Positions 44,971 through 55,107 are shown, counted from the first letter of the stretch. The stretch is DNA of 64,000 nucleotides from an uncultured Candidatus Saccharibacteria bacterium (GCA_964348935.1 CAYGEJ010000004.1:4538-68537); one strand, 5' to 3'. Notes: generated from the letters alone by a model not told the origin. A program made the numbers and translations.

Positions 44971-47442
44971 CTATAAACCCAATCTATCTTCTACTTCCTT
45001 AATGTGAATATTTGCTTTCAGAACTGTGTCCGGGTTTATAGAAATTGAATCTATGCCTTCCTTAACCAACATTTCGGCAAAGTCTGCAAAATCACTTGGC
45101 CCTTGTCCGCAAATTCCAACTTTTAAACCTAAAGCATGGGCGTCTTTAATTAACATTTTAATTAATTTTTGCACTGAAACATTTCGCTCATTACCAATAT
45201 TAGCCACTAGCTTACTATCGCGGTCGAGACCTAAAGTCAACTGGGTTAAGTCGTTCGATCCAATAGAAAAACCGTCAAAAATTTTCGCAAATTCATCAAC
45301 CTGTAAAATGTCGGAGGGAATTTCCGCCATAACCCAAATTTCCACTCCTTCCACCAAATCCCCAGACTTTTTGAATTTACGTTCTTCGGCAGTAATTCGT
45401 TTAGTTAGCCCATACTTCTGCATAACTTCAATGACCTTCTTCCCTTCTTCTGGAGTCCTGCAAAAAGGCACCATTACACTTAAATTCCAAAGACCCATTT
45501 CTTCGCGTACTCTTTTTACAGCCTGAACCTCCAAAGCAAATGCATCTTCAAAATTCGGATCATAATACCTGCTCGCACCTCGCCAACCGATCATTGGGTT
45601 TTCCTCAGATGGCTCATATAATTTTCCACCAATTAGGCTTGAGTATTCGTTACTCTTGAAATCGCTAAATCTTAATAGTACATCGTTCGGATAAAAAGCA
45701 GCGGCCAACTGTCCAATCCCATAAGATAGTTTTTGCACAAAGTATTCTTTTTTGTCTGTATACCCAACGGTCAATTCTTCCACTTGTAATTTTAATTTTT
45801 CATCGGTCAGCTTCTCAAAATCAATTAACGCTTTAGGGTGAATTTTAATAAAATTCGAAATTATAAACTCTTCGCGAGCCAAACCCACGCCCTTATTAGG
45901 TAAAAAAGAATTAGAAAAAGCAGTTTCTGGGTCCGCAGCTATCATTTTAATCGGAGTTTTTGGAGGTTGAAAATTGGTCAAGTCAGTTCTGTTAACTTGA
46001 AATTTTAAAAGTCCTTCATAAATTTTACCTAGTTCGCCTTCGGCACAAGAGACGGTTATTTCTGCGCCTTCCTGAATTTCTTTGGTGGCATTTCCAGTCC
46101 CCACCACTGCCGGAATTCCAATTTCACGAGAGACAATTGCCGCATGACTGGTTCTTCCACCGGAATTTGTCACAATAGCACTGGCAATTTTCATAATCGG
46201 TTCCCAATCCGGATCGGTCATTTCAGCAATCAGCACCTCACCAGCTTTAAACTCGGACAACTGTGTCGCATCTTTAATATAGTGCGCCTTACCGGCACCA
46301 ATTTTAGCACCAACCGCAGCGCCTTGGGTTATAACTTTTCCTTTTTCTAACATTACAAACTCTTCAAGAATATTGCTATTTTTTCTGGCCTGTACGGTTT
46401 CAGGGCGCGCCTGCACTATAAACAACTCTTTAGTATCACCGTCATATGCCCATTCAATATCCATAGGACGTTGGTAATGCTCTTCAATAATTACCGCCCA
46501 CCTGGCTAACTTAAGTACCTGCTCGTCATTTAAAGTAAAAGCGTGTCTCTCAGCGTCTGCCACAGCTATTTCCTTAGTCGGATTAATTCCCTCTGTTGCG
46601 TAAATGAGTTTCTTTTCTTTGCTCCCCAAGCGCTTGCTAATTATCGAATGAAAACCTTTTTTTAAAGTAGGTTTAAATACCTTAAATTCATCCGGCGTCA
46701 CAACCCCCTTCACCACCATTTCTCCCAAACCCCAGGAAGAATTAATCAGCACCATATCCTTAAAGCCACTTTCGGTATCGATAGTAAATATAACCCCCGA
46801 TGTCCCGCGGTCGCTTCTCACCATTTTTTGTACTGCCACAGAAAGAGCAATATCAAAATGGTCAAATTCTTGATCGTGTCTGTAGGAGATAGCCCTGTTG
46901 GTAAAAAGGGAAGCAAAAGCTTTTTTAATTGCTTCTAATAATTCGTATTCACCTCTAATATTTAAAAAACTTTCCTGCTGTCCTGCAAATGACGCATCTG
47001 GAAGGTCTTCCGCCGTTGCGGATGAACGCACAGCTACATCCAAGTCTAAAATCGTTAAATTCAAATGTTCTGCCAATTTTCCAAAGGCACTTTTTACTTC
47101 CATTTCCAAATCTTTTGGAAAAGTCGATTCTAATATTAGTTGCCTAACCTTTTGACCTTTTTCTTCAAGCTGTTTAATATTCCCGGTATTTAAATCGGCT
47201 AAAGTCTGAGTAATTTTATCGTCTAAATTATTCTCCTTAATAAAATACTTATAAGCATAAGCCGTTACCGCAAAACCAAACGGTACTGCAATTTTGTCAT
47301 TTGGAAACAACTGGCTATTTGCCTGAGTTAAATTCTGATACATTTCTCCCAAATTAGCATTCTTCCCCCCTACCAAAGACACATCCCCCTTTGCAACTTC
47401 GTTAAACCATAAAATGAACGCGTTTTTTTTATCTGTAGTCAT
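44971..47442 (-). CDS. ppsA: Phosphoenolpyruvate synthase (pyruvate, water dikinase)
   Basis: 823 aa. N-terminal ATP-grasp-like nucleotide domain, central phosphohistidine domain (GGRTSHAAIVSRE), C-terminal PEP-utilizing TIM barrel. Confidence 0.9.
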   Translation of the reverse strand: MTTDKKNAFILWFNEVAKGDVSLVGGKNANLGEMYQNLTQANSQLFPNDKIAVPFGFAVTAYAYKYFIKENNLDDKITQTLADLNTGNIKQLEEKGQKVRQLILESTFPKDLEMEVKSAFGKLAEHLNLTILDLDVAVRSSATAEDLPDASFAGQQESFLNIRGEYELLEAIKKAFASLFTNRAISYRHDQEFDHFDIALSVAVQKMVRSDRGTSGVIFTIDTESGFKDMVLINSSWGLGEMVVKGVVTPDEFKVFKPTLKKGFHSIISKRLGSKEKKLIYATEGINPTKEIAVADAERHAFTLNDEQVLKLARWAVIIEEHYQRPMDIEWAYDGDTKELFIVQARPETVQARKNSNILEEFVMLEKGKVITQGAAVGAKIGAGKAHYIKDATQLSEFKAGEVLIAEMTDPDWEPIMKIASAIVTNSGGRTSHAAIVSREIGIPAVVGTGNATKEIQEGAEITVSCAEGELGKIYEGLLKFQVNRTDLTNFQPPKTPIKMIAADPETAFSNSFLPNKGVGLAREEFIISNFIKIHPKALIDFEKLTDEKLKLQVEELTVGYTDKKEYFVQKLSYGIGQLAAAFYPNDVLLRFSDFKSNEYSSLIGGKLYEPSEENPMIGWRGASRYYDPNFEDAFALEVQAVKRVREEMGLWNLSVMVPFCRTPEEGKKVIEVMQKYGLTKRITAEERKFKKSGDLVEGVEIWVMAEIPSDILQVDEFAKIFDGFSIGSNDLTQLTLGLDRDSKLVANIGNERNVSVQKLIKMLIKDAHALGLKVGICGQGPSDFADFAEMLVKEGIDSISINPDTVLKANIHIKEVEDRLGL

Positions 47443-47473
47443 AAATTTAACTATTTAATTGCTGTTAAAAATA

Positions 47474-48868
47474 TTAAACCGTTTTAACTTCTACTAAATT
47501 CAGGTTTTCCGTTTGTCCTAACGGCTCCCCGGAAACCAAAATAATTCTATCACCCTTTTTTACAAACTTTTTTGCTTTTGCCGAATTAAGCATTTCCTGC
47601 AATAAGTTCTCTAAATTTTTAACTTTAGGTATGAAAAATGAATTTATACCCCATATTAGATTAATTTGCCGTAATATTTTTTGCCTGGAAGTTAACATGA
47701 CAAGTTCCGCGGTTCTCGGTCGCTCGTGAGCCACTTCGCGGGCGGTAAATCCGGTGTCCGTAAAACCAACCACGGCTTTGGCTTGAGTATGCTCCACCAA
47801 ATGGTAAATTGATTCAGCTACGGCTTCAATTTTATTTACAATATTCTCTCTCAAATGTTTATGTTCAGGAATAAACTCACTCTTTTCTGTTGTTTCAATT
47901 ATTCGAGCCATCTCGCTTACGGCTTTCACTGGGAATTTACCAAAAGCACTCTCTCCGCTGAGCATTACGCAGTCCGCCTGATCAATAACCGCATTCGCTA
48001 CATCGGAAACCTCGGCTCTGGTCGGACGCGGATTACGGATCATTGAGTCCAACATTTGAGTAGCAACAATTACTGGCTTGGCAGCTTTCAAACATTTTTG
48101 AATTATAGTCTTTTGAATTATAGGCACTTGATTCTCTGGCATTTCTACTCCCAGGTCACCTCTAGCAACCATTATAGCGTCAGCGACTTTCAATATACTC
48201 TCAAAATTTTTAACCCCTTCCGGCTTCTCTATTTTGGCAATAATTTTTGGCAATTCAAAACTTTTAGGATTATATTGTAAAATTAATTTTTTTAAATTTA
48301 AAATATCCTTTGCCGTTCTCACAAAAGACAAAGCAACATAGTCTACGTCTTGTTTCAGTCCAAATTTTAAATCTAAGATATCCTTTTTTGTCAGAATAGG
48401 AATTTTGAGTTTTGTTCTTGGTAAATTCACCCCTTTGTGTGATTGAATTTTTCCCGGAGACAACGCCACACAATAAATTAGCTTACCGGAAATTTTTTCC
48501 ACTTCCAACTCAATTAGCCCGTCCTCAATTAAAATCCGCTGTTTAACTCTAATTGATTTCGCCACGTTGAGGTCTAAATAAAAATCTTGCCCAATAACCA
48601 CAGTTTGCCCAACCTTAACCACAACAGGTGCTTTCATTTCCAAAACCCTAATTTTCGGTCCATGCAAATCTTGAATTATTGTTATGGTTTTGTCTAATTT
48701 CTTGGCTACGGTCCGAATATTTCTAATAAGCAAAGCATGGTTCTCATGGTCGCCATGTGAGAAATTAAGCCTGGCCACATTCATTCCGGATTTTGCCATT
48801 TCTGTTAATGTTTTCACCGACTGTGACGCCGGTCCTATTGTACATACAATTTTAGTTTTATTATTCAT
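47474..48868 (-). CDS. pyk: Pyruvate kinase
   Basis: TKIVCTIGPAS, NVARLNFSHG, MVARGDLG motifs. 464 aa. Confidence 0.9.
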   Translation of the reverse strand: MNNKTKIVCTIGPASQSVKTLTEMAKSGMNVARLNFSHGDHENHALLIRNIRTVAKKLDKTITIIQDLHGPKIRVLEMKAPVVVKVGQTVVIGQDFYLDLNVAKSIRVKQRILIEDGLIELEVEKISGKLIYCVALSPGKIQSHKGVNLPRTKLKIPILTKKDILDLKFGLKQDVDYVALSFVRTAKDILNLKKLILQYNPKSFELPKIIAKIEKPEGVKNFESILKVADAIMVARGDLGVEMPENQVPIIQKTIIQKCLKAAKPVIVATQMLDSMIRNPRPTRAEVSDVANAVIDQADCVMLSGESAFGKFPVKAVSEMARIIETTEKSEFIPEHKHLRENIVNKIEAVAESIYHLVEHTQAKAVVGFTDTGFTAREVAHERPRTAELVMLTSRQKILRQINLIWGINSFFIPKVKNLENLLQEMLNSAKAKKFVKKGDRIILVSGEPLGQTENLNLVEVKTV

Positions 48869-48890
48869 GTTTTTATTATAGCAACCAAGA

Positions 48891-50141
48891 TTAAAATAAA
48901 CTAGATTGCTTGTCGTTTTTATTACTTAATATATGAATTCTGCCAAATACTCCGTCGTAACCCGGTTCTATACGGACATTGCCTTCCCTAACGTTAACCA
49001 CTGCCTTGGCAATTTCCGGGTTTGATATTTCAGTAATTTGCTCCTCTGATAAATCCAACAAAATTTCAAATTCACTCACTCGCGTGCTGAGCATTTGATT
49101 ATATATAGAAATTACTTTTTTACTCTGCACGCCAACTCCAACAGACTCTGCAATAATTTCTTCAAGTGGAATTACGCTTTTATAAGGCACGGCTCGATTT
49201 GGCACAAAACCCGAATCTCTGTCTGCCAACGCCTCTGTTCTATTCAATACCCCCACCAATAATTTCTTTCCGCAGACTGGACACAACCCTTTTAACTTCT
49301 TGGTTTTGCTCGGTACACAAGAAAATTTACAATCTCTATGTCCGTCTAAATGATATTTCCCTTCCTCTGGAAAAAATTCAATAGTGTATAAAAATCTTTT
49401 TGGGTCTTTGCTGTAAAGAGCCTCAATAATTTCGTCGTAAGACAATTTCTTTTCTGGAATTTCAAAAACATTTGCCTCTCTTCCAAGTTTTCTTAAACTA
49501 TGTGCGTCGGAATTTGAGGTAAGGGAGTATTTATCAAGACTGGATATTTGCCAATTCATTTTCGGGTCAGAAGATAAACCGGTTTCGACAGCACGAATAT
49601 ATTTGGCTTGATCACCAAAGGCTTCCGATATGGAATCAAAACCCGAAAGCGAACCAAGTACTCCAAAATGAGGGGTCCAAACATGCGCCGGAATTACCTC
49701 GGCTTCAGAGGACGCCTCTTTAACTATTTTTACTAAGTCGTCGCAGTGTACCCCCATAATCGGCCTACCGTCAGATTTTAAATTAGCACCTCTTTTTTCC
49801 AAACCTTGAATAATTTTATCCGCTGCTGCAAAATTGGGGGCAAAGATCATATTATGTACACGGCGAACCTTATCCCCTTGCTTATAAATACTGGAGACTT
49901 CACAGGTTAACATAAAATAAGCCTTAGCAGATTTGTCACGCAACTGGTATAAACCAGGGCAAACTTCTACCAAGCTTTCTTTAAGTTCAAATAGCCATTT
50001 TGGATGGGTAAAATCACCGGTACCTATAACGGCAATACCTTTCTTGTCGGCCCACAACCCAATATTTTTTGGATTTAAATCTTGTGAGCACGCTCTGCTA
50101 TATTTCGAATGAATTTGGAGGTCAGCGATAACTCTCATATT
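48891..50141 (-). CDS. PHP-domain metal-dependent phosphoesterase (TIGR00375-like), start taken at internal MRVIADLQIHS
   Basis: PHP His motifs (DLQIHSKYS, HVWTPHFG, NSDAHS) and an internal C4 zinc ribbon (CPVCGKK...). The 49-aa N-terminal extension in the ORF track is probably spurious. Confidence 0.65.
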   Translation of the reverse strand, partial: NMRVIADLQIHSKYSRACSQDLNPKNIGLWADKKGIAVIGTGDFTHPKWLFELKESLVEVCPGLYQLRDKSAKAYFMLTCEVSSIYKQGDKVRRVHNMIFAPNFAAADKIIQGLEKRGANLKSDGRPIMGVHCDDLVKIVKEASSEAEVIPAHVWTPHFGVLGSLSGFDSISEAFGDQAKYIRAVETGLSSDPKMNWQISSLDKYSLTSNSDAHSLRKLGREANVFEIPEKKLSYDEIIEALYSKDPKRFLYTIEFFPEEGKYHLDGHRDCKFSCVPSKTKKLKGLCPVCGKKLLVGVLNRTEALADRDSGFVPNRAVPYKSVIPLEEIIAESVGVGVQSKKVISIYNQMLSTRVSEFEILLDLSEEQITEISNPEIAKAVVNVREGNVRIEPGYDGVFGRIHILSNKNDKQSSLF

Positions 50142-50175
50142 GGCATTATAACATTTATAATATATAATTATCCAT

Positions 50176-50964
50176 ATGAAAGATGAACAAAAATACTTGA
50201 ATTTAGCTGTTAAAGTCGCCAAAGAAGGCGGTATAATTTTTAAAAAATTTTTTGGTAAACCAAAAAGCATTAAAAGTAAAAACGGCAACCCTCGAGACCA
50301 CGTTACCGAGGTAGACTTGAAGTTAGAAAAACTAATTCGTTCTAAAATTCAAAAAAGTTTCCCTACCCATAAAATTATAGGTGAGGAGTTCGGTAGCCAG
50401 ACATTGGATAAAAATGACCTAATTTGGATTATTGACCCAATAGATGGCACTAACAATTTTATCCAAGGAATTCCAATTTGCTGTATTTCTATTGCACTTT
50501 GGGACAGTAACGGACCTTTGATTGGTGTGGTATTTAACCCAATTACCAACCAATTATGCACTGCTGTTAGGGGTCAAGGCGCCTATTTAAATTCAAAAAA
50601 AATAAAATGCTCAACTCATTCAGAACTAATCCAAGCCTTTGGCGGTTACGGTTGGGGTAGAAATCTGGCTGGAGCTTCAATAAGCTTTCCAAAACTTATA
50701 AAGATGCTTCACAAAATGAGAACTCTTGGCTCCTCAACTTCTGAACTCGCCTTTGTCGCCCAAGGTGTATACGATTTCCATATCCAAGCAGATATTAATG
50801 TCTGGGATTACGCCGCCTCAGTATTACTAATTATAGAGTCCGGTGGCAAAGTCACCGACTGGCAAGGAAATAATGTTAACTTAACTACCAAAAACCTTTT
50901 AGCCAGCAACGGTAGACTTCATCCACTATTACTTGCAGGTTTAAAAACAGCTAACTTGGTTTAA
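50176..50964 (+). CDS. Inositol monophosphatase family protein (SuhB/IMPase-like), paralog 1
   Basis: IGEEFG, WIIDPIDGTNNF, and WDYAAS motifs. Confidence 0.8.
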   Translation: MKDEQKYLNLAVKVAKEGGIIFKKFFGKPKSIKSKNGNPRDHVTEVDLKLEKLIRSKIQKSFPTHKIIGEEFGSQTLDKNDLIWIIDPIDGTNNFIQGIPICCISIALWDSNGPLIGVVFNPITNQLCTAVRGQGAYLNSKKIKCSTHSELIQAFGGYGWGRNLAGASISFPKLIKMLHKMRTLGSSTSELAFVAQGVYDFHIQADINVWDYAASVLLIIESGGKVTDWQGNNVNLTTKNLLASNGRLHPLLLAGLKTANLV

Positions 50965-51000
50965 AAAAATCCCGAAGCTTAAAGCTTCGGGATTTTTTTA
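50964..51000. terminator. Bidirectional intrinsic terminator (AAATCCCGAAGC TTAA AGCTTCGGGATTT)
   Basis: Perfect inverted repeat between convergent genes. Confidence 0.65.
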
Positions 51001-51840
51001 ATTTTTCTTTGTCCGTTTAGTAGCTTGTTGGTAGGCAGACTCCGAGGAAATATCTAACCACATACCTTCGTATGCGTACCCGCTTAACCTGCCTTCTTCT
51101 GCCAGTCTTGGAAAGACATCACTCTCTAACTTTACAGCCGTTGGGGTAATATAGTTAAATATGGCAGGCTTCATAAAATACATCCCGGCATTTACTAGGT
51201 GAGAAAAAGTTTTTGGTTTTTCCGGTTTCTCTTCAAAATTTACTATTTTACTTCCCTGCATTTTAGCTAGTCCCCACATAGAAACGGTTTCTGCACTGGA
51301 CAAGGCCATAGTACACACCGTTAACTGCTGAGCTTTGTGAAACTGATAAAAATCCATAAAATTTATTTCACTTAAAACATCTCCATACAATAGTAAGAAA
51401 TGACTGTCCTTCATAAGCTCTTTAGCTTGAGCTAGAGCCTGAGCAGTACCTTTTACCGACTTAGATTGTTCTAAATAACTAATATTAACCGACCACTTAG
51501 AACCATCTTTAAAATAATCTCGGATAATTTCTCCGCCTTCACCAACAGATATAACAACGTCAGTAAGTTTCGCTTCTTTAAGCCTGAGTAATGTGTGTTC
51601 TAACAATGGTTTTCCGGAAATACTAACCATAGCCTTTGGCAACGAACGTCCTTCGGACTTAAAAAATACCGGATTACCTCCTGCCAAAATTAAAACTTTC
51701 GAATCTTTTTCAGCTAAAGATTTAGACAAAAAATATTCAATCGCATGACTTCTATTACGAAGCCTTTGACCGTCTATAAGACTGTCTAATGTTTTAAGTA
51801 AATCTGTCCTTAAAGTAATTGTGAGTCGCTCTCTTTTCAT
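50998..51840 (-). CDS. Ribbon-helix-helix (CopG/Arc-like) domain fused to a sugar-phosphate nucleotidyltransferase (NTP_transferase fold)
   Basis: N-terminus MKRERLTITLRTDLLKTLDSL...RNRSHAIEYFL (beta-strand + two helices). Then VLILAGGNP...SGKPLL and the rest of a glycosyl-1-phosphate nucleotidyltransferase core. Confidence 0.65.
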   Translation of the reverse strand: MKRERLTITLRTDLLKTLDSLIDGQRLRNRSHAIEYFLSKSLAEKDSKVLILAGGNPVFFKSEGRSLPKAMVSISGKPLLEHTLLRLKEAKLTDVVISVGEGGEIIRDYFKDGSKWSVNISYLEQSKSVKGTAQALAQAKELMKDSHFLLLYGDVLSEINFMDFYQFHKAQQLTVCTMALSSAETVSMWGLAKMQGSKIVNFEEKPEKPKTFSHLVNAGMYFMKPAIFNYITPTAVKLESDVFPRLAEEGRLSGYAYEGMWLDISSESAYQQATKRTKKN

Positions 51841-52085
51841 ATTATAATTTTACCTGCTTGATTCGTTCTCCAAGTTAGGACAAGGTAATGAATCCTAGCT
51901 GAATATTGATTTTAATCTATTGTATGATTTTATCATACAATAATTTTTAATAAGTGTAAAAAAGTGGCCGGAAAAGTAACCACTAAGACAAATTTGTGGG
52001 AAGTTAATGCCCAAGAGAGCGAATAAACTTCATATGTCTAATGTATTACCTTCCGGCCACAGCTCGTAGTTAATCTGCCTGATGC

Positions 52086-52265
52086 CTAGCTAGTTGCGCC
52101 AGACAAGTTAACAACGTAGTTGACTCCATCTTGGTCGGTCATAGTATGACCGACTTTCGAAAAATCGACTTTCATCCCTCCTTCTTGCGGGGTTGCCGCA
52201 GTTGCTCCACCACCACCGGTGCTACCGGTTTTTGCCCCATCAGGGGCAGGATTTTCTTGTGTCAT
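52086..52265 (-). CDS. Possible small Gly-rich protein (59 aa) in a GC-rich islet, below the ORF-track cutoff
   Basis: MTQENPAPDGAKTGSTGGGGATAATPQEGGMKVDFSKVGHTMTDQDGVNYVVNLSGATS. GAGGTG 4 nt upstream of the ATG. Speculative. Confidence 0.25.
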   Translation of the reverse strand: MTQENPAPDGAKTGSTGGGGATAATPQEGGMKVDFSKVGHTMTDQDGVNYVVNLSGATS

Positions 52266-52433
52266 GCATCACCTCAATGAGAATTTACAGATATTATCTG
52301 CATAGTAGGTCCAGCTTTCCCCCTACAAAACAAACCCTTAACCACAAAGGTAAATTTTGCAAAGGAAAAATATTTTAGACACCTAACTAATAAATATACT
52401 ATACTAACCTTATAAACATGTAAAATCTTAACT

Positions 52434-53189
52434 ATGAATGAATATTTAAAAACTGCACTCCAGGCTGCCAAAGCTGCATCCAAAATTCTCAACGAAGGCT
52501 TTGTCAAAGGCGCTGTGGCAAAAGATAAGAATACCAGCGAGACTGGAGACTGGATAACCGAGTACGATTACAAAGCCCAAAGTGCAATTGTCAAAATAAT
52601 TGCAAAACAATTCCCTTCCCACAGCATTCTGTCCGAAGAAGGTATTGATGAAGACCGAAGATCAGATTACAAATGGATTATAGATCCACTAGACGGCACA
52701 ACGAATTTTAGCCACGGCTTCCCTAATTTTGCCACCGCCATAGCTTTAGAATACAAAAACAAACCCTTTATCGGCGTTATTGCTCTCCCTTCCCAAAATC
52801 AAATATTTTGGGCAGTAAAAAATCAAGGTGCCTTTTTAAATGGGAAACCAATTCATATCAGTGACACAGCTCAGACTAACAAGGCGCTAATTGGTATTTC
52901 CATGGCAAGGTCCGCAAATGCCTTGAAACTTGGTAATAATACTTTTAATAAAATTACTCTTGCTCCTGCCAAGCCACGAGTCTATGGTTCCATTGCCGCA
53001 GATTTAGCTAGAGTAGCATTAGGTCAGTTAGACGCCACTGTTTGTAATCATTTGTTCCCATGGGACTATTTGGCAGGCATACTGCTGGTAACTGAAGCCG
53101 GTGGAAAAGTGACTTGGGTGAAAGAAAAAACCCAATTTGTAGCCTCGAATAAATTTTTACACACCAAATTAGTATCAATTTTAAAATAA
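52434..53189 (+). CDS. Inositol monophosphatase family protein, paralog 2
   Basis: SEEG, WIIDPLDGTTNF, and WDYLAG motifs. Confidence 0.8.
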   Translation: MNEYLKTALQAAKAASKILNEGFVKGAVAKDKNTSETGDWITEYDYKAQSAIVKIIAKQFPSHSILSEEGIDEDRRSDYKWIIDPLDGTTNFSHGFPNFATAIALEYKNKPFIGVIALPSQNQIFWAVKNQGAFLNGKPIHISDTAQTNKALIGISMARSANALKLGNNTFNKITLAPAKPRVYGSIAADLARVALGQLDATVCNHLFPWDYLAGILLVTEAGGKVTWVKEKTQFVASNKFLHTKLVSILK

Positions 53190-53219
53190 ATAAAAAAGAG
53201 AAGCTGCGTAATCCGAAGA

Positions 53220-54230
53220 TCAGGCAACTTCTCGAGTCGTTACGATATTTTTGAGTTCGGCGAGTGTAGGCATTCCACTATGCCCGCCAATGTGTTCAAT
53301 GTTCCTAGCCGCCACCCATGAGCCGAGCCGTAAAGATTCGGAGTGGGTTGCACCAGAAAACAAACCGTATAAAAAACCGGTTGTAAACGCATCACCCGCA
53401 CCAGTGGTGTCGACCACTTTGGAAGGCAAAGGTTTGCTGTAAAGCACTTCGTGATTACCGTTTTCACGAAACACCGCAACTGCCGCACCTCGGTCACCCA
53501 AAGTAATAAGGGTAACTTTTGGTCCCATCTTCAACAGCTCAAGAGCTGCCAATTCAGGTTCCAGTTGGGTACCCAGCAAAATACGAGCTTCCTTCTCGTT
53601 GACTTGTAGCACGTCAGTGGAATGAAGAAGACCGAGCATCCTTTCCCGATAAACCAAGAGTTCGGAATTCGGAGTGAGCATATTGCAAACCGAACCAGTA
53701 AGACGGACTTTAAAAATTTGCTCAACCAACTCAAGCTCAGCCATACGCACACCTGTGGCAACCACAAACTTTGCTTCAATTTTGGAAACAAGTTCCAGCA
53801 TTTTAGCATTGTCTAAAGTATACGTTGGCTTGTGGCAAAAAAGTGTTGCCGAGCCGTCATCTTCAAGGACACACAGGGTGTGAGGTGTCGCTGTATCACG
53901 GTCAACCATGAATGGCGTTATGCCATTGGAAGATAATTCGTTCTGGAGTAATACCCCTTCAGAATCCTGTCCAACAGCCCCAGCAATGGTAACACTCAAC
54001 CCCAAACGGGATAAACCCACCGCGCAGTTCACTGAAGAACCAGCAGGAAGCTGAGAATAACCACCGACCGCAAAACGCAAAGTTTGTCCGTCTAGACAAA
54101 CGACATACTCCTGTCCTTCCACAAAAAGATTTTGAACGGTAACTTTCTGCCCCCGAATTTCCGGAGGAACAAAGCCACGAACTTCAGTCTCAACGTTGAG
54201 ACTGGGTAAACACAAAACATCGTGTTTCAT
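53220..54230 (-). CDS. PfkB-family (ribokinase-like) carbohydrate kinase, GC-rich gene
   Basis: C-terminal DTTGAGDAF signature and the GG dipeptide N-terminal motif. GC content well above the neighbours. Confidence 0.75.
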   Translation of the reverse strand: MKHDVLCLPSLNVETEVRGFVPPEIRGQKVTVQNLFVEGQEYVVCLDGQTLRFAVGGYSQLPAGSSVNCAVGLSRLGLSVTIAGAVGQDSEGVLLQNELSSNGITPFMVDRDTATPHTLCVLEDDGSATLFCHKPTYTLDNAKMLELVSKIEAKFVVATGVRMAELELVEQIFKVRLTGSVCNMLTPNSELLVYRERMLGLLHSTDVLQVNEKEARILLGTQLEPELAALELLKMGPKVTLITLGDRGAAVAVFRENGNHEVLYSKPLPSKVVDTTGAGDAFTTGFLYGLFSGATHSESLRLGSWVAARNIEHIGGHSGMPTLAELKNIVTTREVA

Positions 54231-54315
54231 TATCCCTCCCAGGATTTTTCAAAGGAACAGAACTTATTCAGTTCATACTTTATCATACCTTATCATACTT
54301 TTTAATGTCAATTAC

Positions 54316-54346
54316 TAAAAACCCCCTGAACTAAGGGGGTAAAAAG
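54316..54346. terminator. Bidirectional intrinsic terminator (CCCCCT GAACTAA GGGGG flanked by A/T tracts)
   Basis: Seen directly. Preceded by ATCATAC(C)TT tandem repeats. Confidence 0.55.
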
Positions 54347-54368
54347 TATGATATCCACCGTTAAATTA

Positions 54369-55106
54369 TTACTCCATTAAACTCTCAGCCATTTTTAAAT
54401 CTTCTCTACTATTTACCCCAATCACTTCTTTTGCATCCACCGTAATGCTTTCGGCGTTTATACCACTATGCATGGCCACCTCCACAATATCGGTCAAATA
54501 ATATTCACCTTGAACGTTCTTATTTTGGATTTTTTGCAAATTTTCCCAAAGCCATTTGGAATTAAACATATAAATTCCAGGGTTGATTTCGGAAATTTTT
54601 CGCTGCCCGCTACTCGCGTCTTTGTATTCAATAATTTTACAAATTTTTTTGTTCGTATCCCTAATAATTCGACCGTAAGTCTCTAAAGATTTAAATTTAC
54701 CATTAAAATTATCTACGCTAGCAGTCAACATAGAAATTTTGGATTTTCTATCGTGATGTAATTTCATTAACCTTTTTAAGCTCTCAGCTGTAATAAATGG
54801 CATATCGCCATAAAGAACTAAAACATTCTCACCTTTTGCCAACCTTTTTGCAGATTGCAGAGCATGGGCAGTCCCAAGCTGCTCTCTTTGAATAACATAA
54901 AAATAATCATCACCCAAAACAGTTTTTACCATTTCTCCTTTATACCCAATAACCACCACGGGTTTAATAAGTTGATTTATTTTTGCTATTTGCTCCAATA
55001 AATACAAAATTAAAGGTTTATTTTTCAGCAATACTAAAACCTTAGGTAGATCCCCTCCCATTCTAGTACCTTTACCCCCAGCTAAAATAATTATTTGATT
55101 ACGCAT
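54369..55106 (-). CDS. Sugar-1-phosphate nucleotidyltransferase resembling the N-terminal uridyltransferase domain of GlmU (no LbH acetyltransferase domain)
   Basis: LAGGKGTRM, QLGTAHA, YGDMPF, and YYLTD motifs. 245 aa ending where GlmU would begin its left-handed beta-helix. Confidence 0.7.
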   Translation of the reverse strand: MRNQIIILAGGKGTRMGGDLPKVLVLLKNKPLILYLLEQIAKINQLIKPVVVIGYKGEMVKTVLGDDYFYVIQREQLGTAHALQSAKRLAKGENVLVLYGDMPFITAESLKRLMKLHHDRKSKISMLTASVDNFNGKFKSLETYGRIIRDTNKKICKIIEYKDASSGQRKISEINPGIYMFNSKWLWENLQKIQNKNVQGEYYLTDIVEVAMHSGINAESITVDAKEVIGVNSREDLKMAESLME

Positions 55107-55107
55107 A

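Noticed and set aside
50142-50288. N-terminal 49-aa extension of the PHP-domain ORF (MPFLLLMLFGLPKNF...)
   Set aside because: The conserved PHP motif begins at the internal MRVIADLQIHS. The extension overlaps the divergent IMPase gene start and has no RBS.
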